Origin: Amphiscolops sp. MND2022
Taxonomy: Eukaryota
Length of the DNA stretch: 64,000 bases
Direction: 5' to 3'
Assembly: GCA_964187785.1 (NCBI GenBank)
Contig: OZ076409.1
Coordinates: 89,592,001 to 89,656,000 of the forward strand
Part shown: piece by piece, positions 35,601 to 50,600 of the stretch
How positions within the stretch are numbered: the first letter of the stretch is position 1
Layout: the number at the start of each line of letters is the position of its first letter
Notes under the pieces: generated by a model
Seen by the model: the letters and a program-made list of their open reading frames with translations, nothing else
What the model was told of the DNA's origin: nothing
Database searches by the model: none
Position numbers and translations under genes: made by a program

Positions 35601-38600
35601 ATCATGCTCGTCGTTTCTTTCGTAAGAGGCACTGTGATGGCTGTATCCTCTGGGCTTGGCTACAGGGAACGTCACTGATCTGTTGTGAACAACAGTGACC
35701 TCTTCGTCAGATGATGCGTACGTGTCGGAAGAAGTGCTGCTCATATACTCCACATGATGGTCTTGAGACACCGCCGAATGGGTGACGGTAGCTTGTGGTT
35801 CGCGCCATCTGCGCTTCTCTTCTCGTTCTATGTACTGCCTTTGGGTGGGATACATATTGCTGTAGTAGACGTCGCTGGAACACTTTCTGAAATTAAGATT
35901 CGCGTGAAGTTCTAACTGTTTCTCTGTTACTGCAATTTAAAACTGATTCCTTTCCAATTGAAGCATTGATTCACCCATTTCCGTTATCCAATACTTTGAA
36001 CTATCATTTCCGTTATAACTAACAATCATCTTGAAGCTTGAGGATATCCTGCGAGTTGGAGTATTCGGGAAATTTTCCCAAGTTTTGTCCCAAGATAATG
36101 CTTTGATATTCTGATTTGCAGTCGAATATGTTTCAACTTGGAGACAATTGTGCTTAGAGACAGATCTTCTTGCATTATACTAACCCTTGTCAATTGTTTA
36201 GAATTGAGCATGACAACACTGGCTTTAGCCCCGGATGGTGTATAGAAAAGGTAGTAGTCAAAGATCTGCATCAGCCCTCAAAAGAGTGGTTCGCGATACC
36301 CAACTCTGCCGGTGACATGAATTGGCTTGACAAACAGAGGGGTGATAAATCTACGTCGAAGATGCTGTCTTGTTCAAATGACAAAGAAAAACCCTCTGTT
36401 GAGCAGAACGCCAAGTACGCGGTCCGTATTTGGACGGGCAGCAAGAAATCGGCTGGAACTGACGCTGATGTCTTCATCAACTTGTATGGCTCTGAAGGAG
36501 AAACTGGTGAAAAGTCGTTGCGGAAAATGAAGAGCAACGCATTCGCAAAATCAAGGTAAAGCTTAATTTTTGAAAAAATTAACAGTTTTTCTAAACGTCC
36601 GCTCTAATTTTTTGATAGCGTTTCTTGTTATAGTTCGTTCAGTTTTTCTACCAAAGTGCTGTGAATGCGGAAATGCGGAGCTTTAGGTCCAAATGCTTGC
36701 CAAAACTAGATATGTTTGCGTTGTTTTTCCATAAGGTATATGCGAATCATTTTGAAAACCCACACAGTATAAAGTCTAGTTTGTTTTCTTGCAAAAGTTG
36801 AATTAGGTTATCGTTTATATTTGAAACATTCTTGAATTCAAACATTTGATAGTTTGAAGAAAGTTTTTCAGCGAAATAGCGATTTTGAAATTAGCGGTTT
36901 AGCGATTCGCAAAATAATTAGCGATATCAAAACTCTGATTCGAATCGAAGTGCGTTTTTGGCGCGTAATCAATTGCTTGTCGGCTCAAATCCTGGTCAAG
37001 AATCAATGACCCGATGCGGGTGTCTGTTATCCTAGATTATTCTCTCTCTATTTTCAGCGAAGACGATTTCATGATAGAAGCGCCGTCCATTGGAACGTTG
37101 CAACGCGTGCGAATTGGACATAACAATGCTGGAATAGCACCCGGCTGGTTCTTGGAAAAGTTGACTGTTGAGGATGTGGCTACAAACACTGTGAGTGAAT
37201 TCAAAGTTAGCCGCTGGCTGGCTAAAAACGAAGACGATGGCAAGATTGTGAGGGATCTTTACACCGACGAGAAATTCTCCCTTGACTCTTCGGAAGGAGG
37301 TTTGTTAATTCAAGTGGATTATTGCCAAGCTCCAATTATTAACTGATTATCATCTGTTTTTAACACTCGTCGAATTGAAATCAGCAATGAAAATGAAGAA
37401 GAAATAATTCCCACACGTTTCATATGGATATGGCAAACCATTGTATCGCGTACTCATTATTTTCCGCCCTCACAAATTTATTTGTGTAGAGGGAGGAAAA
37501 TCACCATGTGTTATTTTTTGCCAAAAGTTCACTTGAGATATAATCAATTCAATTTAGTCACGGTGGCCCAGTTGGTAAGGCGTCCGTCCGCCTGTCAGTC
37601 AGTAGGCCTTGGGTTCGAACCCGGGCTGGAGCCTGAAATTTTTCTGCTTTCCCAGGCAGTATGTCGCCTTCGCGAAATCTTTTTTTTTGCGATGCGAGTG
37701 TGGCGGAAAATGTCCAGCTGCTTAGTTCTCCAGTTGTGGTTAATCATATGTAAGTGTTGTTAAGGAATTCCTTACGAACTGTCTATTCACACCGGAGACA
37801 AAGGAGATGCAGGGACGAATGCCAAGGTCTACGTCATTCTGCATGGTGAGAAGGAAGAAAATGGCAGCGTTCAGAGCATAACTAGTGGCAAAGTTAGTTT
37901 TTCCATCGAAACCTGTAACATATTTTCAATTGAAATATAACAAATCTACCATTTAGGTTACTCTGGATCATGGATCTTTCGAGAGAGGAAAAATAGACAT
38001 CTGTAAAATCGACTCAATTGCAGGGTTGAGTCCCCTAACACGACTGACCATTGGTCACGACAATTCTGGTCTTGGTGCTAGCTGGTTTTTGGACAAGGTG
38101 GTAGTAATTTGCCCTACCACTGGAATTGAGCAGCACTTCGTGTGTGAAAACTGGCTCTCGGACAGCATTGGTGATAAATTGGTGGAACGTGAATTGACCG
38201 AACGCGCTTCTTGGCGTAAAGTTCGCAAGAAAAGTTAGTCATCAACTGAAATGATTGACAGCTCTTGAGCTTTCAATTCTTTAGCACAATTTACGCTTTG
38301 GTTGTGCAGTCGCTACATAAAATTTGTTGACTATTTTTCAAATAGTTCAAGTTTTTGATTGGAAACTTTTTGTAGTGACGAAAATGTGTTGGCTCTAACA
38401 TTCTGAAATGGGTTTAGAGATAGCATGGAATGTTACCGTGGTTACCAATAATTCGGTTGGTGGGGGCACCAATGCAAAAGTTTTAATCCAATTGTACGGC
38501 GAGAAAGGCAAAACTGAAGCCCATCATTTAACCAATGAGAACTCTGGATCTCCCGGTGCCCTGCCCTACACGTTTGATGCCGGGTCTACTGATCGCTTCA

Positions 38601-41600
38601 AAGTCCCTCTGGACGATGTTGGCAAGCCCGTGAAACTCAGAGTTTGGCATGACAACTCGGGACGTTTCCCCGGGTGGCATCTGGATACAGTTAGTATGTT
38701 TCGAAGTTCCTAAAATGGAAGTAGTACCAACGAAGTGCTAATAATGACATGCAGCGATATTACCATCACACAGCCGATTGAAATGAATAATACACGCATG
38801 TATGATAGTATGAAATTACCATGTAATCGGTTGTGAGTTAGGTCGCTTAAAGTGAAAATATGAAAAAGGCAAAATTGATGCAACATCCGAATAAGTGCTA
38901 GAAGTACAAGCGAGTCCATTTGCGCTCATCTGAATCGATAAACCTCAACAGACGAAAGTGTGTTTCTCAGAGCATAATACGGGTTTCATTTAACGAGTAA
39001 TGAGGGCGCTAATAGTTAAAATCTAGTATTGATCATCGCTACGGCTGTTATCTTTTTGCACATGACGAAGTCAATGTGCATTGCAGTCCAGCTAAGAAAG
39101 TTTTTTTTTCCACAGTAGCCAACTTCATAATAAGCGCCTTTTAGAGAAAAGCCAAAACCCCAGAGAGATTCGAACCTGCAGCCTCCCGATTGCGCGCCAT
39201 AAGTGTTAACCACTGTGCCATAAGGACGTTATTGAATGAAGTTGAACTGTTGAATATATACGCATGCGATTAAAATAATATATATACGCATTTTAAAATA
39301 ATCGTTGTCTTCGTCATGTGTTGCGAAGCACCGCTTCGCCTCTGTGTTGAATTAGAAATTGATGACTATTAATTTTACAAATTTGTACAATACGCTAGCC
39401 AAGCATCGGGATGTTTTGCACCCTGAATTATTCTAGCAACAACAATTTTTTAAGGCTCGATTGTAGCTAATATAGGTATTCCTACGACAACTTTCAAAAC
39501 CTGCAAAATGCTCAAGTTTTAATTTTTTGGATCTCTTTCACTATGTCCCCCCCCCTATATCACTCGTTACACTATGTCCCCCCTAGAGAAAATAAATGTT
39601 TGTGGCTCATTTATATTTATCTCATATTGGCAAATTTCTCATGCTATTCTGTCAATCAGTTGATGTCGTCATAACTAACGACACTTTTTATTGGTTCTTT
39701 CACCACTCAGCCAATCAGAAGCCTTGTTAGATAAGAGCAGATCTGCGCTATTAGAATGTGCAATACATGCATTTAATAGCGTTTCACTATGTCCCCCCTT
39801 TTTGCTGTAAGGGGGGGATATAGTGAAAGAGATCCAATTTTTTTAATAACTCATTTTGGCATTTTTCATTCAAACACTTTTAAATAAAATTATTAAAAAA
39901 TATATGACGAGGCGCTAATTTTGTCGTTGAAATCTGGATTTTCATGCTGAAAAAAAATTTCTGAACATTTTTAGAATGTGCTAAACAAACTTTCAAAAAT
40001 TTAAGTAAAATCACCACTTTAGCATTTTTCGTACTAAACTTCAACTGTTCCCTTGAATATATATACTGCGAACTAATTCTTTTCGTCCGTGAATTCTGCA
40101 GAAGAAACTATCATGTGTATAAAATAACAGCGTGGAAAATAAGAACTCCGGTTGAGAGATAAATTTCTTTCCGTTATCAAATATAGGCGGAAAATAATGA
40201 TCTCTCTAGTGCACTTTCACCATCGTGAATGAGTATTTTGTGTAAGAATATTTTGTAAGTTCAATTTTAGATCACATTGACCAACATTTCCAACCCTGAA
40301 GAGAAGTATTCGTTTGTTTGCAACAAATGGCTGTCTGTGGATGAAGATTATTTCGAAACAGTTCGAGAGATTCCTGCTGCTGGTCCGGGTATTAAAGCAC
40401 CCTTGCCAAGTTAGATTCTATTTACATCTTTTCAAGGTTTGATCGCTACTCAAATTTAGCACAATCGCTTACTGCCGCTTTCTGAAACTATCGCTGCCGT
40501 GTGTAAAATTCGTATTTCAGCGAAAACGATCTTTCCTGAAAATATTTGCTTTGCTTGTTCCTGAATTCAGTATGTAAACAAAACACTCGTGCGTACAGTG
40601 ACTTTCACGAATTCTCAACACCAAAACCGAAGAGGGTCGCTCTATTTTTAGTCGGCGCTTTTCTTTAGAAAAGAGTCGACTATAGTCCTGGCTTTTCGTC
40701 AGTGTTTTTTAAGACCACCTGAACTGACTAAAATAGTTCTACCAAAAGTTCTACAAAATTTTCAGAAGACGCCAAAATGTACCTGTTTGCCCAAGGAATT
40801 GGACCAAAAAGGTTTCCCCAAAGGGTCCATTTTTTCGGCACTGTTCGACTTTTTTCAAAAAAACTTTTTCCCCACGAAAGGCCCCCTTCAATTTTTTGGA
40901 GTTTTGGAACAGAATGGATGTTGAAAAATCCCAAAGGGTCCTCCCTCTCAGTTTTTTTCGGCATTGTGAGACTTTTTTTCAAATTTTTTTTTCATACTTG
41001 GAAATTTCGAAGTCCTTTTGCTATTTTTGAGCCTTGGATATGGCGCTGACTTGGGCCGTTCCCGGCTTGTTTGGCCTGTGACTGCTTTCTTTTCTGTACA
41101 TCATGTGAAAAATTATCATGACAAATTGACATGGAAAAAAGCTATTCAAAAAGGTTACAGCTAGCTACCTTCTGATTACGCTTAGCGTTCAAAGCACTTG
41201 TACATACCTAATATTATGATAATGTGGATGAATCAATTCTGACTTTCAGTTGTGGCCTATCGATTGAAAATTCAAACTGGCAAGAAAATGGGTGCTGGTA
41301 CGGATGCGAATGTGTTCTGTACCATTTATGGTGAAAAGGGCGATTCTGGGATGCGCAAGATACGACGCTCTGATGACAACATGAACAAATTTGAACGCGG
41401 ACAGGTAATTCAAATCATGAGTTACAATCAATTATATTTTTGTATACCACTGCTTGAAGTAACTAACTAAAGTGTGTTTAACAGAAAAATATGGTGAGAA
41501 GTTTCGATTTTAGCTGGTAATTTTAGTTCTTTAAATCACTTTCTAAACATCATAGCTAGGGTACATTGATGTCATCGCATGGAGACTTAGACTGTAAGTT

Positions 41601-44600
41601 CTGTAAAACTCTGATTCTTGAATTCAGTCGTACAATTTTTGTTTTCAAGGTTGAGAATTGCATCTTCGAGTGTGTGGATTTGGGCAAACTTGTCAAAGTG
41701 AGAATAGAACACGACAACAAAAATCCAGGAGCTGGCTGGTTCTTGGACCAGGTGTCGGTTCAGCCAATTGGATCTGGAAAAGCTACTGTCTCGGAAATTG
41801 ACGACGTCGTAATATTTCCATGTTATCGGTTTGTTAATAGTTTTACTTGGCATTTAGATGGTGTGTTTTGGACGTAGTATCCACTAGTTCTGAAAATGTG
41901 GGAAATGTTGGCAGTTTCATCCTCTTTTTGAGTTTATTTATTATCTGTGAATAATTGACATTTTAGTTGACAGTGATAGGTGTTTGGACCAGATTTGAAT
42001 CTGGGTTCAAAACAGGTCCGGTCCGTATTTTGATAGGTGTAGAACAAAAAGGTCCGAATTAAATTCATTTTCTGCCAGTTAGTAGGAGTTTCCAAACCAT
42101 TGACCGGTGCCGGGCTTGAATGTGACCGGGCTCGGGCCTGGATATTCGGGTCCTGTTTCAACTCTGGTTTGGACTCATTTCTAAACATACGGAAGTTAGT
42201 TTTGCTTCTAAATATTTCCGTTTCAGTTGGCTAGCGGTTGATGAGGACGATGGTCAATGTGTGCGAGAACTGTACCCAGAGGGAGTCTCTTCCCTAATGG
42301 AGAGTTTACAGTACAAAGTCTCAGTCAAAACCGGCAATAAAACAGGAGCAGCGACAAGTGCCAACGTGTTCATTCACCTTTTCGGTGACGAAACTGACTC
42401 TGGAGTGATGTTCTTGAGAAACAGTTCGACATCCAAACAAGACAAATTTCAGCCCGGACGCGTGGATACTTTCTCTTTTGAAAGTGCTAATATTGGAAAG
42501 GTTGGGCTCCAATGTATGTAAAATGGACTATGAAGTCACTAACCATGTCTTTTCACAGCGTTTGCAATTAGTTTTATTATTTCTGCGATAGCAGGAATAT
42601 TATTGAAATCTCAAGATGTCTACTTTTTTCAGTACAATTCTTCGCACGATACTGAATAATTCAGATATTTGTTCGGCAGTGACTGTAAGCGTGAGAATTA
42701 AATTTCTCAAGCTGCCGACGACATTTCAATACTCGTGCGATGGAACGAGCGAGTGGTAATTATGCATTCGTACGCTGACGTCATTGAGATGAAGCGAATG
42801 AGTGTTAATTATTCGTTCTCGGAGAGCTTCGCCTGTATTCAAATGCGAATGCGAAACTTCGTCTACGCTTAGTAGTTATATTTTCTTTAATCCGAGAAGA
42901 AGTAAAGGCGGTGTAAACTTGTACAGTTATTAATTGTGCGCTGAATAATGATTAAATAGTGTATTGGTATTCCAGATATGATTCTATTATTTTAAAAAAC
43001 ACTGAATTATACCTTTGTTATTAAAAACAAATTCATCTTGGTTTTAAAACAAAGCAGTGTAATAATAATTATGAAAGATTATAAAGCAGAAATAGTAATG
43101 TGCCCCGGAGGGGGCTAATTTGCAAAATTAGAAACTTGATTGTTTCGAAAAGATAGCTCGGAATGGAAAGTTATTCTTCCCGGAATACGACTTCGGAAAT
43201 CAGTCTATTGGGAAAGATATTTGAATTTTGGCAGTTGATGCAAATTGAAAAATAATACTTTTCGACCCGGTGCGACCAATTTCCAAAAGGTAGTACCACG
43301 CCTGTGCAATTAGATTTTGAACAGCTGAGATATTCTCTGGGTTTTGTGGAAAAGGTTTATCTGTGATGATAAGTTGAAAATCCATAAAATTCAAGAGAAT
43401 CTTTTTCGATGATTTACCGGTTTCATTTTGCGTTAATGAACTTTTTCATGGATATTTTACAGTACCGAAAAAAAATCAAAGGTAGACCTCCTGAATTCAA
43501 TATTTTTAGTTGTCTTATCAAAGAAACATACAGTGTAGTTCAGTATCTCGGATGAAAATTGGCGAATCCCTATTTTCTCGGTGGAACGCAGCAGTTGAAG
43601 CACTTCTTTAAATTAGTTTGGTAGATCGGTTTTTCTCCCGAAATATCTCAAGAGTTCACGCTATACTCTCTTCGGCACTCTAGAGTATTAATTAGTCTGT
43701 AAAACTGATAGTTTTCAAATAAGCCACAAATTTCAAGTGTTCACGAAAATTATTTACTTTTTGATGTCCGGTAAAACGCTCAAAAGAAAAGACGCCCGCT
43801 AAGCACCGGGATATTTTCCGCCTTCTTCGCCTTCACCAACTGAGCCATAGCTTTTTTGGAGTGAGGAATAGGATCTAAAGAAAAAGATCTAAAATTTAGT
43901 GATTTTAGATCTTATTCCCGTCCTGAAATTTTAGATCTTATTCCTTTTAGATCTTTGGGGTCACCCAAAAAAGTCCAAAAATCTTTAAAAATACATATCG
44001 CATGGAACTAAATTTATGTCAGGTGAATTCTGTAAATGTACCTCTTCATATTACGTATACAATTAATTCTTGGCAAATTTTGTAAAAAAAAAACGTTTGA
44101 TTTAAATATTTTCCTTTCCCATATGAAATAATAAACACTGATACCTCTAGCGTCCTAAATGCAGGAGCGAGGCGACGTGTCGTTACTAATGGCGTCGACT
44201 AGTATCGACAAAGGTCAAATCTTACAACCAGTATACGAGTAATGGCTAATATGATAAATTGTTCTACATATGGTCTTTTTTAGTCGGCGCTTTTCTAGTG
44301 ACTAGTTTTTTTTTGTCAGACCACAGACCCCACCCTGTATGTACCACTTTTTCGTACAGACTTTAATCGGTTTACGGGCAACCCAGAGGTCCAGGGTTCG
44401 AGTCCCTGCTTTAGCCAGAAACTTTTTAGAGCATTTGCGAAAGCGGACGAGATTGAAGGGTCCCCTTTCATTTTTTTTCGGCACTGTGCGACTTTTCGAT
44501 TTTTTTTTGCCTTCAAAGGGTCCCCCTTCATTTTTTTTGATATTTTGCAACAAATTGGATTTTCAAAAAGCAGCCCAAAGGGTCCCTCCTTTTACAATTT

Positions 44601-47600
44601 TAAAAACTTTGCGCTTTTTGAGATTTAGATATAGCACAGACTTTAGACGATCCCGTCGTGTTTCTTCGAACGTTTTTGTGTGGGTTTTCCTATAACCTAC
44701 TTACTTGTAGGTTGAGAAGGTTCGCTTGGGACACGATGACACTGGAATTGGAAGTGGGTGGTTCGTCGAAACCTTGGAGGTGGAGATCCCTGTGAGAGGA
44801 GAGGCCTATGTGTTCGCTGTCAACAGATGGCTCGACAAAGAAGAGATGGATGGACGTATTGAAATTGACTTATATCCTACTGAAGTCAAGCACACTGACG
44901 CAAGTTGGTGTTGCTTTGTTTTTTTTCCGTTTTTAATGTCAATACCGGTCCTTGTAGTTAATCGCGGGCGGAAAAACTGAAATTCGCGCTCAATTTTTCT
45001 GAGATTTGCGGAAAAGACTGATGAAAAAGTTAAAATTTTCGGGCATTGCAATATATAAAGAGAAATATTTTGAACGTTTCCGAATCAATACTGTCTATCA
45101 AATAGTTGATTTTGAGCAAAATTGTGACTTTTTACCGTTTTCCAATTTTTGACCGTTTCATTCCCAGTTTTTTTCGCTATTTTTATGTTCAATTAACTCC
45201 CACAATCCTACTGAATCCATGGATGTATTTTGATTTCAAAAATCAACCGTTTTCGAAATATCATGCTCGAAAGGTAAAATTTCGTCGATTTACGTGTATT
45301 AAGATGGGAAATTACCGTTTCGCGGTGAAAAAAGATTTTTTCATTTAGAATTTTAGTGTGATCTTCGATTTATCTAACAATATTAAACCAGAAACTCATA
45401 TCGAAAAAAAACATTATCCTTGTGACGATGAAGTATTTCCAAATTGACTTCATCGTGTTATGGGACCGAGTCATCGGTGCCACAATAACGTGAAAGCTAT
45501 TGTAAGTTTTACGGAACCGGTAATTTCCTCTCGAAAGTATTTTCAAATGCCAGCTTCTAGGAACTCGTTCGAATAGCACTCAATTTAACCTATCATGGTT
45601 TTGCAAATAGTGAGCAACTGAAAACTGCATGTTTAAGAGTAGTAACCCGAAAAACTGAAATCGAAAACCAGACGTATGAAATTGTAAACATGAGGTTAAA
45701 AACGTTTTCAATGAGAAATTTGTCAATGATATCGTTAGACCTCAATATAGTCAGAAATGTTGTAATGTTCAGTTAATAAATGTCAGTTAATGTTCAATTT
45801 AAAAAAGATTGTAAATTTTTTGAAGTAATTCTGTTTTCTTTTGCACGCCCCTTCACATATATATTTACCATTTAGATATTTTATATGAAGAAATACAGTG
45901 TTTTTCTTTTTTCTTTCTCTGATCTTACTGGACTTCACTTTGTTGTTTTCAGCGGTTCCATTCGAGATATGTGTTACAACTAGTGACCGGGAGAAAGCTG
46001 GCACAGATTCCAATGCTTACGTTGTCATCTATGGCCAGGGGGGCAAGAAGACTTCCAAGATACCCCTGGAGAACCGAGCTGGTGATTTCGATGCAGGCGT
46101 CACGTCTAGTTTCAAAGTAATTTCCATGGAGTTCATACATGTTCATACATGCAATGACTCATTTCAAATCATTTTGGGCAATTGTTCATGTTTCAGTTCA
46201 ATGAGCCTGAAATTGGAGAGATCAAGAAAATACGTGTGTGGCATGACGATTCGGGTGAAAAGTCATCATGGCATCTCGAAAAGGTTCGTATAATCTCGAT
46301 TGTTTCTTGCATCAAAATTCAATATAATGAAGAAATAAGTTTCTTTTGTCGCGTAAATTTAGGTTTGTTGACAAAACTGCCTTTCCAGAACTGAAATGTG
46401 GTTTTCACGGCAAAAAAAACCATTTCATATCAGATTTGTCAATAGGTTACAAATGCACTAATTACAATTCAAAAGCATTTTATAATTAGCTACGATTCGA
46501 AATTCGAAAAATTAGTTGGAATCATTTAACCTTNNNNNNNNNNNNNNNNNNNNNNNNNNNNNNNNNNNNNNNNNNNNNNNNNNNNNNNNNNNNNNNNNNN
46601 NNNNNNNNNNNNNNNNNNNNNNNNNNNNNNNNNNNNNNNNNNNNNNNNNNNNNNNNNNNNNNNNNNNNNNNNNNNNNNNNNNNNNNNNNNNNNNNNNNNN
46701 NNNNNNNNNNNNNNNNNNNNNNNNNNNNNNNNNTTTGAAAATTTTTTTCCAAATAGTGTATTGAATAGAGAAAATTATTTAATTGAGTAATTAGTATAAA
46801 TTGCAATGTAATGACAGGATTTTATGGTGTATATCAGTGCTTTATATAATCTTTTCATTATCACACCTTGATCAAATGGTTTGCATCGTAGAACGCATAA
46901 AAGGTTAAATGATTCCAACTAATTTTTCGAATTTCGAATCGTAGCTAATTATAAAATGCTTTTGAATTGTAATTAGTGCATTTGTAACCTATTGACAAAT
47001 CTGATATGAAATGGTTTTTTTTGCCGTGAAAACCACATTTCAGTTCTGGAAAGGCAGTTTTGTCAACAAACCTAAATTTAGAAGGGGTTACCGCAATTTT
47101 GATTTTCTCATTTTTTTGAGCGTGACTAGACAATGTAATGAAGTGATTCCTTATCAAGAAAGTTGTTAAATTAGTTCAATAACCAGTGTTTTGCTAACAT
47201 ATTGAAGGGCCCAGGTATATTCGACGTTCGACAGAATTCTTTCGCACTTTGCTTCGTGAAACAACATCAGTTTCGTTCGAAATGGTTTCTACCTTTATAT
47301 AATCTCGAAGTAGAATTTTAAAAATTGTGTATCTTGTTATTGAGTTTCTCGTTAAAAGATTCAATTTTATTTCAGATAACCATTACTAGACCACCGCCTC
47401 GCAAAAATGATCTAATCGAAGAAGAGGGTCTTTCGGGAACACCGGGTCGCCGAGAATCAGCCATTCTGTCAACATCTGGCCGCCGAGAATCAGCCATTCT
47501 ATCAACATCTGGCCGCCGAGAATCAGCCATTCTATCAACATCTGGCCGCCGAGAATCAACGATGTCTGTGAATAACTCAAGAGCATCTTTTAAAAGGAAT

Positions 47601-50600
47601 GCGGTTTCGTCCATTAAAAAAGACTTGCCTCTTTTCTATATTTTCAACTGCAATTCTTGGTTATCACACGATGAAGGGGATCAAGAAATTGTGAAAGAAT
47701 TTGCACCTTCCAAACCAGATGGGAAGCCTATGTACCCAGATTGCAGTGAGTTTTGAACGACTTAGCAAAAGACGAAATTGTATTTTTTACTCCTTTAAAC
47801 CCTAAATAGCATAGCGATACTAAAAAGGAGCGGGAATTTTTTTCAACTTCTGATTCGTTTTGCCAGATGCCCCTCTTCTTTAACAGTTTTCAATTATTTC
47901 AATTAACAATTTATTGGTGACGTGTTTGGTCCGAACGTCACAAGCATTAGCAACAGTGAAGTTTTCTCCAACGCTGAGAGAAATTGGTCTGTTTCTCGAA
48001 ACAAAGTTGAAAATTCAATTTTCTCAATAGTTCCTGACCCATAAAGAAAGGCCACCCCATTTTTTTAACATTAAGACTTTGTGCAGCAAGACCAAATGAT
48101 ATGCTGTTGTTACTACAAGCCCCCGCCCAGCGGGCTGCACGAAATGCGGAGATGCCGCGTAGCCGGAAAGGAAACAAAAATTGTTAACAAAAGAGCACGT
48201 GGAGACAAGGCCTCACTAAACTTAAATGAAAGCCCAGTGTCAGACCTTTCAAACGCGCTATCGTTTATTTCTCTGGTATGGGTAGTTGGGGATATATTAC
48301 CGATAGAAAAAATTCGAAAAGTTGCAAGAACGCTCATGCTAATTAGGTTTAATGTGCGTAACATCATTCGATTTAAATTTGTTCTAGATGAGATGACATA
48401 TGAATGCACAATCAAAACTGGTCTCTTGGAGGGTGCTTCTGCCGATGTATCCGCATCCTTGACAATCTACGGTAAAGATGGTGACTCAGGACCTCGACAT
48501 CTCAAGCACCTGCCTCGAGAGGACAAAGTTAGAATGGAAGCTGGCGGAGATGGAGATCTGTTCCACGTGAAAGCCATCAATTTAGGACAGCTGACTAAAG
48601 TCGTCATCAGTCTCAACCGCCAGAGTTGGAACGTCAAGTGGTTCTTGGACTCTATCGAAGTTGAAATCCTTGCAAATGAAAGAGTGTTAGTTCATAGTTC
48701 AATCTCAAAATGCTCACTGTCGAATCAATCTTTCTGTCTGAACTATTTAGCAAACATCCGAAAAATCATTCGAAATCTGCACAAAACTGAAAAATTTTGA
48801 TATTCTAGTTTATAGGCACTTTTTACGACCAAAATTGTTTTCCCAAGTATTGGATCTAGCCGCTTTCCTCATTTTTTCTTCATCGAAATGTCGAAAATTT
48901 CATGTTTTCTGAAATGAAATTTTTGCTGCTTTCAACTGATTTTTTTCTTTTTGATGCAATGGGGTTTCAAAAGACGCACAACTAGTATTTTGAAGATTCC
49001 TTGATTTTTGTAGCTAGAAAGTTTTTGTAGAAATTCATGGTTCTGCATTTGTTTCTTATGCATTTTTCAATCCAGGCGCTATACCGACGGTACATTCATT
49101 TCGATAATTTTTACTTTTTGCCGTTTTAAATTGCTTAGTTCAATCAATATCTGTTTTCAAAGTTTCGTTGAAATGGTCTCAAAAACAAGGCAATACAGAT
49201 ATCAGATATCCTTAGGGTTCTTTGTTCCATCAATACCGAATGTCAAAATATCAATTTTTCGAAATTAAGTTATTACCTTCGAACATTCGAGAACATTAGA
49301 GTACCTTAAGAGGGAATTTAAGTTGATTCTTACAGGTTTGTCAGGCAGCCGATAAAGTTTTCGAAAATTTCTGCTAAATTCAAAAATTAACGTAAACTCT
49401 GTTGGTCATTCACATGCATTCTGTGGTGTTACAAAAAAAACTAGTCGCTGTAATTGTCGCTCAGATTTCTTACAAAATGAGAGAAAAAACGCGACTGAGA
49501 GTATTAACGCTGTGACAAGAAGTAATGAGTTATGAATCAAAGCAATTTTTTTAGCAAATATATCTTCCCATGTCAGAGGTGGTTGGGCTTATCTACCGAG
49601 GAGTCTCAGACTTCATGGACGCTGGTTCCAATTCCCCATGAACTCATTCAAGGCAGAGTATCTTCCCAGGAACCCACGGCTGTAAGAGAAACTTTGGCTC
49701 TAGAGCTGCTATCACTGGTGACCCGGTACACAATTCACGTCTTCACTGGGACTAAATCCGGTGCTGGTACTAACGCTGATGTCTTCATCCGTTTGCACGG
49801 AGACAATGATTCAAGTGAGACATTGTGGTTGCGTCACAGCCAAACTAACAAGGATCCATTTGAGTCTGGGCGCTGTGACACTTTCGAAGTGGAAGCAAAA
49901 TACCTGGGGAATCTGGGCAAGATTACGTTAGTGTAGATTTCTATTCCAATTTCGAATGATTCATGAAGTGCGAGACTCACGTTGGGATTAAGTTTTTGGC
50001 ATACATACTATGCCCGGGTATAACAACCAGCATTTTTTTGGCTGGGCTCTCAAGCATTTGGATCACGTGCCAAGTTGATCAAAATATGAAATAATCAGAT
50101 CTACATCATTTTTATCATTTCTGCGATAGCATGAAAAATACAGAAACCGGAAGGTGAAGTTTTTTCAGCCGAGTGTGTTCGTGGTCCCAGTACCTACTGA
50201 AAAAGATTCATATTTGTTCGGTAGTGAGTATAAGCGAGTATTTCTCAAGCTGCCGGCGACAATTCAATTCTCGTGCGATGAAGCGAGCGAGTGTTAATTA
50301 AGCATTGGTACGCCTAATTAATTGAGATGAAGCGAATGAGTGTTAATTATTCGTTCGCCGAGAGCTTCGCCTGTGTTCAAATGCGGATGCGAAACTTCGT
50401 ATGCGCTTAGTAGACATATTTTCTGTAGTCCAAGAAAAGTTGAAGGCGGTGTAAACTGATACAGTGATTGATTCTGCGATATATAATGAATAAACAGAAG
50501 TGTATAGTTATTCCAAATATGCTTCTATTATTGAATGTGAATGCCTAAAGCAGAAATAAAACTGTGCCCCGCAGGGGCCTATTTTCATGAATTCCAATCC

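Noticed and set aside
37556..37630. Functional tRNA gene
   Set aside because: Acceptor and anticodon stems do not form; treated as SINE or pseudogene
46516..46806. ORFs across the gap
   Set aside because: Artefact of the N run
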